This document shows, one piece after another, positions 31,788 to 38,334 of a DNA stretch of 38,395 nt. Both the position numbers and the translations under genes were made by a program. Below the pieces are notes generated by a model. The model did no database searches and was not told the origin of the DNA. It saw only the letters and a list, made by a program, of their open reading frames with translations. The stretch lies in the IMG/VR virus record IMGVR_UViG_3300020577_002834; one strand, written 5' to 3'. This DNA comes from a virus. How positions within the stretch are numbered: the first letter of the stretch is position 1; the number at the start of each line of letters is the position of its first letter.

Positions 31788-32063
31788 ATGGAACAACAAA
31801 CTCACGACGAAGCGATCGTTCAGGCCGTAGACGCCTTATGGCACATCGTAGAAAACGTCCGCGAGATGAACAGGAGCCTCTATCTAATGCAGTCGAGAGG
31901 GGTGTCTATTAGGATTTTGCTTGACGAGCCGGATATGGATACGGCAAAGTTACTAGTTACGAAGATTTGGCCTGCTGTGGACAAGTCCGTAAAAAAGCCT
32001 AAATATAACGTCTTGCCGAGCTTTTTGAAACGTGGTAAAGTTTCCTCAGTGGTGGCACGTTGA
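31788..32063 (+). CDS. First early protein (91 aa), function unknown
   Basis: Track ORF (GTG at 31767) trimmed to the first ATG. Followed by a terminator cluster. Confidence 0.55.
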   Translation: MEQQTHDEAIVQAVDALWHIVENVREMNRSLYLMQSRGVSIRILLDEPDMDTAKLLVTKIWPAVDKSVKKPKYNVLPSFLKRGKVSSVVAR

Positions 32064-32092
32064 AAAAAGATTTGAAAAATTTCTGCGGGTGG

Positions 32093-32161
32093 TTTTAGCC
32101 GGAAGGCTAAAAAAATTTGTTCACTCTTGTGTCGCATAAGATATAGCCAGCGACACAAGAG
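32093..32161 (+). other. Two RNA hairpins: an 8-bp stem with a GGAA loop, and a 12-bp perfect stem
   Basis: ttttagcc-ggaa-ggctaaaa (32093-32112). ctcttgtgtcgc (32124-32135) pairs with gcgacacaagag (32150-32161). Confidence 0.6.
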
Positions 32162-32166
32162 GGGCC

Positions 32167-32204
32167 AAAAAAAGACCACTTACAGAAATGTAGGTGGTTT
32201 TTTT
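32167..32204. terminator. Bidirectional intrinsic terminator, A7-stem-GAAA-stem-T7
   Basis: accacttaca-gaaa-tgtaggtggt (10 bp, one G:U), flanked by A7 (32167-32173) and T7 (32198-32204). Confidence 0.7.
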
Positions 32205-32206
32205 CT

Positions 32207-32282
32207 CCTTAGTTCCTACCGATTGGGTGCGTGTCCACCCACAGACCCTGATCGGTAGGGACTAAGGGCAAATAAGCCCTTA
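32207..32282 (+). other. Long branched hairpin (17-bp outer stem, 6-bp inner stem) whose 3' arm overlaps a 7-bp alternative hairpin
   Basis: 32207-32223 pairs with 32251-32267. Inner stem tgggtg/caccca. Alternative hairpin taagggc-aaataa-gccctta (32263-32282) shares 32263-32267. Confidence 0.55.
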
Positions 32283-32291
32283 ACGAATTGT

Positions 32292-32552
32292 ATGGGTGGA
32301 GTACAAAGCTGGCCGATGTTCCATAAGTCGCTCGGTAATATCGCGTGCGAAAAGCATCCGATCTACGCCGAAGATGCGTGTCTCGAATGTGAGGATTTAA
32401 AAGAGTCAGAGAAAGAGGAGGTTTCCTCTGGTACGGGTCGGATGATCGGAAAGTTCGTAGGTACGAAGTCGGAGTGGAAAAAGAAGATCGAACGGGTTGA
32501 ACGGAGCGGCGGTCGGCACGCCCTCATGCAGTTCTTCTCACTTCCCTTCTAG
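32292..32552 (+). CDS. Hypothetical early protein (86 aa)
   Basis: ORF-track frame; contains CEKH...CLEC. Confidence 0.5.
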   Translation: MGGVQSWPMFHKSLGNIACEKHPIYAEDACLECEDLKESEKEEVSSGTGRMIGKFVGTKSEWKKKIERVERSGGRHALMQFFSLPF

Positions 32553-32554
32553 GT

Positions 32555-32797
32555 ATGGGCTACAAGATTTCAGAGATGCAGTGTTCGAGACTTATCTCGA
32601 TAAAGAAGGAAATTGACCGCTCGATTGATCTTTCTTCCGCCGAAGCTGAGAACGCCAATCTGAGAATTTCAAAGGTTCTCACGGATGACGACAACTTCTT
32701 GGCTGGAAGGATTATCGACGAGTGGTACAGGGGGAAGCAATCGCCAGTCTCTATGGCGAAGTGGATCAACACATCATTCCCTAAGCCTCAAGTATGA
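32555..32797 (+). CDS. Hypothetical early protein (80 aa)
   Basis: ORF-track frame. The ATG lies 2 nt after the upstream stop (tagGTATG). Confidence 0.5.
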   Translation: MGYKISEMQCSRLISIKKEIDRSIDLSSAEAENANLRISKVLTDDDNFLAGRIIDEWYRGKQSPVSMAKWINTSFPKPQV

Positions 32798-33465
32798 GCA
32801 CGTTCAACAAAGAAATCTACGACCAGATCATCAAGGCCGTAGAAGCACTGCCCGAAGAAGCAGTCGAGAGAGCGAAGAAAGAAGATACTCGAAAAGGCTA
32901 TGACACGACGGGATATCAGTATCAGTTTCTCGTCAACGTATTGAATGAAGTGGTAACCCCGGCTGGATGGAGCTTTGAGTGGTCGACGGTTAAGGAGATC
33001 GAAGGAGCCTATAAAAGTGGACAAAAGTTCTACGAAATCGCGGTGTCTACAAAAGTAGATATCCTCGACGCTTCCCGTGTCCATGCCGGAGGCCACATCT
33101 CGTCTTCGTACTCGGACGCCCTGAAAGGAGCCATTACAAACTCGCTCAAGAAAACTCTCGGACTGTTCGGGGTTGGAAAGAAGGCTTACGAGGGTGCGCT
33201 CGACGACGATTACAAGCCGCAGCCGGAGCCACATACGGAGGTTGCGACGACAGTATCAAAGACCGTTGTAAAACCAGTCGAAGAAACCGCTCCTTGCGAC
33301 AACGTGAGCTGCAAAGGTTACGCCAAGATCAGGTACGGAAAACTCTGCTTCACCTGCAATCAGCACGTTAAGCAGGGAGGAAAGATCGCCAAGCTACGAA
33401 GCGAAGGCGCGGTCGAAGAAGATGAACTGCCCGTAGATAAGAACGGAGTTCCAGTATTCGGCTAA
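32794..33465 (+). CDS. Rad52/Sak-like single-strand annealing protein with a C-terminal zinc ribbon (223 aa)
   Basis: GYDTTGYQYQFLVNVLNEVVTPAGWSFEW and SDALKGAITNSLKKTLGLFGVGKKAY match the Rad52-family signature (from memory). C-terminal CDNVSC...CFTC. Confidence 0.65.
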   Translation: MSTFNKEIYDQIIKAVEALPEEAVERAKKEDTRKGYDTTGYQYQFLVNVLNEVVTPAGWSFEWSTVKEIEGAYKSGQKFYEIAVSTKVDILDASRVHAGGHISSSYSDALKGAITNSLKKTLGLFGVGKKAYEGALDDDYKPQPEPHTEVATTVSKTVVKPVEETAPCDNVSCKGYAKIRYGKLCFTCNQHVKQGGKIAKLRSEGAVEEDELPVDKNGVPVFG

Positions 33466-33562
33466 AAGGCTCTACGGAGCCTCTACAAGCTGCTCGCACC
33501 GGTTTCGTACAGGTAACGGAGGAATGTACCGACCGGGCGGCTTATAGAGGCTCCGAAAGTCT

Positions 33563-34036
33563 ATGACACAAGAACAGTTGGAGACTCTCAAGAAAATGTC
33601 AGCGGGGCAGATCGCAAGAAAGTACACCCCAATGCTGATGAAGAAACAGATCACAAGAGAACAGTTCGATCGGTTGATAGGACTGGGCGTCAAAGACGCG
33701 CCTATGCCCCAAAATGCGCCCCTAGAGAGCGCAAGCGCACCGATAGGCACCGTGAGCCAGTTCACGACTCACGAAGACGAACTAACGGGTAGGACGCAGA
33801 AACAAAAACTCCTCGAAGTCCTGAAAGATCGAGAGTGGCACACGACCGTAGAGATTCTAGGAAAGGTCTACGGCCTCGATCACTCAGGGATAGCGAGAAT
33901 AGGAGCGAGAATCCATGACCTCAAAGAAGACGGGTATCGAATCGAAAGCGAAAAGCTAAAAGATTCCGTCTGGCAGTACCGCCTCGTCGAGCAATCTGTG
34001 CTTGTGCCCGACGCGCGCGCGAATACAAACGGTTAG
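33563..34036 (+). CDS. Winged-helix DNA-binding protein (157 aa)
   Basis: The C-terminal half KLLEVLKDREWHTTVEILGKVYGLDHSGIARIGARIHDLKEDGYRIES...WQYRL is a typical phage wHTH. Confidence 0.6.
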   Translation: MTQEQLETLKKMSAGQIARKYTPMLMKKQITREQFDRLIGLGVKDAPMPQNAPLESASAPIGTVSQFTTHEDELTGRTQKQKLLEVLKDREWHTTVEILGKVYGLDHSGIARIGARIHDLKEDGYRIESEKLKDSVWQYRLVEQSVLVPDARANTNG

Positions 34037-34099
34037 AACAATCCAAGAGAGAACCGCTCACACTCAGGGTCAAGCGGGATACAAACACTGACGCTGCTA

Positions 34100-34180
34100 C
34101 ATCGTTAAGGTTCAGATGCGAAAGGAGGGGAAACAGCCGACCCCCTGCTGCCCTCCCATCTGGTCTGAGCCGTAACGATG
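34100..34180 (+). other. 81-nt extended hairpin in a 220-bp non-coding gap; candidate small RNA or regulatory structure
   Basis: Nested stems: catcgtta/taacgatg (8 bp), cagatg/catctg (6 bp), ggaggg/ccctcc (6 bp) and cagc/gctg (4 bp). Confidence 0.35.
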
Positions 34181-34256
34181 AACGCCGGACGGATTCAGAG
34201 CTACACATCTGGTAGTAAATCCGTACCTGCCTCACCTCTCTTGGTACATCGGCTCT

Positions 34257-34637
34257 ATGGCGACTTCCCTGCAAACCAGAAGGGGAAAGGGGGAGCTATT
34301 ACCTGAGCGTATGGGTGGTGTGAATAAGTCTAATGTCCGCGGCGAAATTAAGGAGGCCATGAAAATAACTGACCTTACAGAGCTAGAAGCCCAGTGTCAG
34401 CGAAAGATCGGCAAGGAGTTTACCCGGATCGTCGGCCAGCACAATCGCTGGCACTCACACGATCAACCAAGAACAAAAAGATTTAAGACAAAAACAGAAC
34501 GAGTAGAAGGGTACATCGACAGTCTATTGGAACTATACCGACAGTCTCTCGATTACCCATTTTGGCGGGACAAAGTGCTTACGAAAGCGGACGAGTATTG
34601 CGTTGAACTAATTAGGCTGAGAATGGTCTATGAATGA
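34257..34637 (+). CDS. Hypothetical protein (126 aa; alternative ATGs at 34311 and 34359)
   Basis: ORF-track frame. AAGGAGG lies only 2 nt before ATG 34359, so the start is unresolved. Confidence 0.5.
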   Translation: MATSLQTRRGKGELLPERMGGVNKSNVRGEIKEAMKITDLTELEAQCQRKIGKEFTRIVGQHNRWHSHDQPRTKRFKTKTERVEGYIDSLLELYRQSLDYPFWRDKVLTKADEYCVELIRLRMVYE

Positions 34638-34992
34638 GCTTTTACAGATAGCCTGTACCGCCCAACCATTCAGGGGAATGTCCAATCGGGCGATCAGACT
34701 GATCTTCGACAGTCAGGAAAATCAAACAGACGAAGTGTTGGGAAAGATTGCGTCGCTCACGGATAAGTTCGGATGGCTCTGCTTCTTACCGGGACAAGAA
34801 AACATCACACCAGAACAGGTAATGAACCTTCCGGCACTGACAGAGGAGGACGCCGGACGATCCCCGGCTCAGCGGATGCGCGGCGTACTTTATCGCCTAT
34901 GGGAACAAAACGGTAAGAAAGGAGACTTTGAAACCGCTTACCGTATCCGTATGGAGTCGATGATTTCTCAGCTCAAGGAGAAGCTGACCTAA
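34630..34992 (+). CDS. Hypothetical protein (120 aa)
   Basis: ORF-track frame, overlapping the upstream gene by 8 nt. Confidence 0.55.
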   Translation: MNELLQIACTAQPFRGMSNRAIRLIFDSQENQTDEVLGKIASLTDKFGWLCFLPGQENITPEQVMNLPALTEEDAGRSPAQRMRGVLYRLWEQNGKKGDFETAYRIRMESMISQLKEKLT

Positions 34993-34997
34993 TCCAC

Positions 34998-35546
34998 ATG
35001 AAGGAGGCTAAATCATGCAAAATCCCGTCCTGTTCATCCAAAAGATACGCAAACCTCTCTATCTGTCGGACACACTATTGGGAAAAAGATAAGTTGAAGC
35101 GAGAGGAGAAAGCGAAGAAGAAGCTGGAGAGGAAGATTAAAACAAAAAAGTATCAGGAGTCCGAAACAAAGAAGTGGCATAAGAAGTGCTGGAAGCTCAT
35201 GAGCGAACTAGTCCGTAGGACGGGAGCAGATCAGGAAGGCTTCGACCTCTGCTACACCTGCGACGCAAAGTTTCATTGGAAACAACTACAGGCAGGTCAC
35301 AGACATCACCGACGCTTGGACTTCGATACGAGAAACATCCATAAGCAATGCTGGCGGTGTAACGGAAAGCAGTCGCGCGGAGGACTATCGGGGAACCTTG
35401 GAGAGTACGAGCACCGTCTAATCAAGGAGCACGGGTTTGAATGGGCGGCGAAGTTGAAACTGGATGCCAATACGCATCCGGGTTACCAACTACACGAGCT
35501 AAAGATCATCCACGCCGATCTGAAAGAGAGACTGAGCAAGCTATGA
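34998..35546 (+). CDS. ninG: NinG-like recombination protein (182 aa)
   Basis: CYTCDAKFHWKQLQAGH...LDFDTRNIHKQCWRCNGKQSRGGLSGN parallels lambda NinG ...AGHY...[21 protein letters not shown] (from memory). Confidence 0.75.
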   Translation: MKEAKSCKIPSCSSKRYANLSICRTHYWEKDKLKREEKAKKKLERKIKTKKYQESETKKWHKKCWKLMSELVRRTGADQEGFDLCYTCDAKFHWKQLQAGHRHHRRLDFDTRNIHKQCWRCNGKQSRGGLSGNLGEYEHRLIKEHGFEWAAKLKLDANTHPGYQLHELKIIHADLKERLSKL

Positions 35547-35779
35547 AATACTTTCGTACCCTCCTCATAGTCCTAGCTGTCATCTTCTATATCGACTGCT
35601 TTGGACTGCTGGTACTCACTAGCTCTTCACTAGAGACCACGCTAGCGGCTCACAAAGCCCTACAGTCCAAGTCTCAACATTGCGCTCTCAAAGCCTCCCT
35701 CCTCGCCAACACCATAGACCCCAGATATTACTCAGAAAGTACGATCAAGAGAGCGTACGAAATGTGCTTAAAGGAATAA
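35543..35779 (+). CDS. Small membrane or secreted protein (78 aa)
   Basis: Trimmed to the ATG overlapping the ninG stop (ATGA). N-terminus MKYFRTLLIVLAVIFYIDCFGLLVL. Confidence 0.55.
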   Translation: MKYFRTLLIVLAVIFYIDCFGLLVLTSSSLETTLAAHKALQSKSQHCALKASLLANTIDPRYYSESTIKRAYEMCLKE

Positions 35780-35805
35780 CCCCCCCCCAGAGAGAAAGAA
35801 GGAAT

Positions 35806-36345
35806 ATGAAATACGGACAAGAACTACCTAAAGAAGTTGAGGCAAGACTGGACGCCTACATTGAGAGGATCAAGGCGATCCAGTGGTTCAAACCTGCTAA
35901 AGATTTCAAACGTGAAACGGCCGAGAGTCAGGTACAACTTGCTCTTGAAGCGTTCGGGGTTAAGGCGTCGTTGGAATGGCGATCATTGAAGACGGAGGAC
36001 GATTGGGTCGCAGCTTGGGACGCAGCTCGGGACGCAGCTTGGGACGCAGCTCGGGACGCAGCTTGGGTCGCAGCTTGGGACGCAGCTCGGGACGCAGCTC
36101 GGGACGCAGCTTGGGACGCAGCTCGGGTCGCAGCTCGGGGCGCAGCTCGGGACGCAGCTCGGGGCGCAGCTTGGGACGCAGCTTGGGACGCAGCTTGGGG
36201 CGCAAACGAAATCCTTGTTGCTGATCTAAAAGAGTACAAGGGCAAGCAGGCTTTCCTACAACTCATCCCACTGTGGGAAATGGGTCTTTACCCGATCGGT
36301 GTTGTTGGTGGGAAGTTCGTCATCTACCAACCTGAAACGGAATAA
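35806..36345 (+). CDS. Tandem-repeat protein with ~17 A-A-(W/R)-(D/V/G) tetrapeptide units (179 aa)
   Basis: Trimmed to ATG 35806 (RBS gaaagaagga). The central region reads [65 protein letters not shown]. Confidence 0.65.
   Translation: MKYGQELPKEVEARLDAYIERIKAIQWFKPAKDFKRETAESQVQLALEAFGVKASLEWRSLKTEDDWVAAWDAARDAAWDAARDAAWVAAWDAARDAARDAAWDAARVAARGAARDAARGAAWDAAWDAAWGANEILVADLKEYKGKQAFLQLIPLWEMGLYPIGVVGGKFVIYQPETE
36004..36204 (+). repeat. 12-nt tandem array, ~16.75 copies of [T/C]GGG[A/T/G]CGCAGCT
   Basis: Units counted by eye. Only two positions per unit vary. All six frames lack stops across the array. Confidence 0.9.
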
Positions 36346-36392
36346 AAGTGTAAGACCTGCGGTAAATAACCCTCCCAGAGAGAAAGAAGGAC

Positions 36393-36863
36393 ATGAAACA
36401 GTGCACAAAATGCGGATTGATAAAAGGCACAGGTGACTTCACCAAGCACTACCAGACGACAACATCAGAGTGCCGTGAGTGTAAGAAAAAGGCCGATGCC
36501 ATCTATCGTGCGTCGCATCGGGTAAGAATGATGCGGAGGCTAAACGACAGAGAGTACAAGCGGAAGAACGTGAAAAGAATCTGTGCTTACCTCAAGGAGT
36601 TCAAAGCAAGATTCCCGGAAAAAGAGGCAGCCCGTAGAAAGCTCAGATACGAAGTGAAGATGGGGCGGATCAAGGTTGGCACCAACTGTCACGACTGCGG
36701 AAAGGCGGGTGGGAAGGTCGGCGTAAAAATCAGGGTCAGGGAGCTAGTCGCAGATCACTATCTCGGTTATGAGAAACAAAATTGGCTAAACGTTCAATGG
36801 ATTTGCCGAGTCTGCGACGCAGCTCGTGAACAAGTCCGCCGCCGTGAACGCATCTCTGCATGA
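36393..36863 (+). CDS. Zinc-finger / HNH-like protein (156 aa)
   Basis: CTKCG...CRECKKK at the N-terminus. C-terminus CHDCGK...ADHYLGY...WICRVCD. Confidence 0.5.
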   Translation: MKQCTKCGLIKGTGDFTKHYQTTTSECRECKKKADAIYRASHRVRMMRRLNDREYKRKNVKRICAYLKEFKARFPEKEAARRKLRYEVKMGRIKVGTNCHDCGKAGGKVGVKIRVRELVADHYLGYEKQNWLNVQWICRVCDAAREQVRRRERISA

Positions 36864-36954
36864 GGTGCGTCATCGGCGGGTAAGCAATTACTCGCAGGCG
36901 AAGACGAACGTGGTGCAGAGAAACTCCTTTCTCTCCTAAGACAAACTAAATAAT

Positions 36955-37512
36955 ATGGAAGGCCACTCTATTGCAGGTACATCAACCGTACGCGAACGTG
37001 CCGAAGATGATTTCTACGCCACACCAGAAGAAAGTACGAAAGCCCTGCTCGAAAAGGAAACAGTTTCTTTCCCAGCACTTGAACCATCGTGCGGCCAAGG
37101 GCATATCTCAAGACTTCTGACAGGCGAAGTCGTGTCCACTGACCTCGTTTATCGCGGCTTCGGAGTAGGTGGAATTGACTTCCTATCGCACGATTACGGA
37201 CGCAACTTTCAGACCGTCATCACTAACCCACCCTTCAACCTGTTCACTGAGTTCGTTAAGCGGGGTCTTGAATTGACGGAAAACAAACTCATTCTATTCG
37301 GAAAGCTCCAGGCACTCGAAGGCGACAAACGGGCCACGTATCTACAAAAGACCCCACTCCGTACCGTCTACGTCTTCAAGAAAAGACAAAACCCCCTCCG
37401 TAACGGAAGCCCCCTCGATGAAAAAGGAAAACCGTGGGCTTCGACGATGGCGTTTGCATGGTACGTTTGGGAAAAAGGCTACGAAGGCAGGCCTGAGATT
37501 GAGTGGATTTAA
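36955..37512 (+). CDS. Small DNA N6-adenine (or N4-cytosine) methyltransferase, NPPF type
   Basis: FYATPEE, LEPSCGQGHI (SAM loop) and catalytic VITNPPFNLF. Same layout as ORF 1369..1860. Confidence 0.8.
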   Translation: MEGHSIAGTSTVRERAEDDFYATPEESTKALLEKETVSFPALEPSCGQGHISRLLTGEVVSTDLVYRGFGVGGIDFLSHDYGRNFQTVITNPPFNLFTEFVKRGLELTENKLILFGKLQALEGDKRATYLQKTPLRTVYVFKKRQNPLRNGSPLDEKGKPWASTMAFAWYVWEKGYEGRPEIEWI

Positions 37513-37535
37513 AAAACATCATCGTCCGTCGCCTC

Positions 37536-37609
37536 TCCCATTCAAGGTTCGGCCACCGCCGTTTAGTACTCGGCGACCGAAGTAAAGAAAATTACCGCCT
37601 TGAATGGGA
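37536..37609. promoter_or_regulatory. 12-bp perfect inverted repeat enclosing an inner stem-loop, upstream of the C5-MTase start
   Basis: tcccattcaagg (37536-37547) pairs with ccttgaatggga (37598-37609). Inner stems ttcgg/ccgaa and cgccg/cggcg. Confidence 0.6.
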
Positions 37610-37644
37610 AAGATGACGCATTTAATCAATTAGGTGGAGGCAAG

Positions 37645-38334
37645 ATGAAATACTTTAGCTTATTCACTGGTGTCGGAGGATTTGAAATAGGTATTGAGAA
37701 AGCGTATGCCAGCGTGGTCAATCGACAAGAAACACCCGAAGGAAAGCAAACAACCGATCAGGGTGTATCACGAGGAGATGTTCACTCTGGGGGCGAGTTG
37801 CTGGAAGGAACCCCCACTTGTGTTGGTTTCTCCGAGATCGATAAGCACGCCTCCGCCGTCCTCAAGTACAGATTCCCTAACGTCAAAAACTATGGCGACA
37901 TCACCAAAATCGACTGGTCCCTCGTACCCGACTTTGATCTGCTCGTCGGTGGAAGCCCTTGCCAAGACCTTAGCATCGCTGGCAAGCGTGCCGGACTTGA
38001 AGGAGGACGTTCTGGACTGTTCTACGAATACGTGCGCGCTCTCGAAGAAAAAAAGCCTAAGCATTTCATCTGGGAAAATGTCAAAGGCGCTCTCTCTAGC
38101 AACGGCGGACGTGACTTCGGAGCCGTACTCTCTGCGCTGGCCGAAGCTGGGTATTCTCTCTGGTGGCAAGTTCTCAACGCCAAGGACTTCGGTGTGCCTC
38201 AAAACCGCGAGCGCGTCTTTATCGTCGGTACTCGAAACGGAAGTCCCCGAGAAGTATTTTTTGAGCGACAAGATGACAGAGTTCATTCTGAATCCTCTCC
38301 GACTCAAAAAGAAATATACGACGCTACAGGCTAA
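37645..38334 (+). CDS. DNA (cytosine-5)-methyltransferase, N-terminal part (motifs I-VIII), truncated by a frame change
   Basis: FSLFTGVGGFEIG (I), GGSPCQDLSIAGKR (IV), ENVKGAL (VI), QNRERVFIVG (VIII). SD ggtggagg before ATG 37645. The tail after motif VIII is non-homologous. Confidence 0.85.
   Translation: MKYFSLFTGVGGFEIGIEKAYASVVNRQETPEGKQTTDQGVSRGDVHSGGELLEGTPTCVGFSEIDKHASAVLKYRFPNVKNYGDITKIDWSLVPDFDLLVGGSPCQDLSIAGKRAGLEGGRSGLFYEYVRALEEKKPKHFIWENVKGALSSNGGRDFGAVLSALAEAGYSLWWQVLNAKDFGVPQNRERVFIVGTRNGSPREVFFERQDDRVHSESSPTQKEIYDATG

Noticed and set aside
34189-34224. A tRNA-like anticodon arm (5-bp stem, 7-nt loop) within an outer 7-bp stem.
   Set aside because: There is no acceptor stem and no T-arm (GTTCRANYC). 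The loop lacks U33. No other tRNA-like sequence was seen anywhere in the window.
35015-35092. A 25-aa ORF in an alternative frame, with a perfect AAGGAGG 7 nt upstream of its ATG, at the start of the NinG-like gene.
   Set aside because: The NinG-homologous frame, including the N-terminal Cys motif, starts at 34998. The short ORF has no features and is probably fortuitous, although the SD may serve the region in some way.
36004-36204. The repeat array could be mistaken for a CRISPR array.
   Set aside because: The units are 12 nt long and directly adjacent, with no spacers. They are in frame within a longer ORF. This is a coding tandem repeat.
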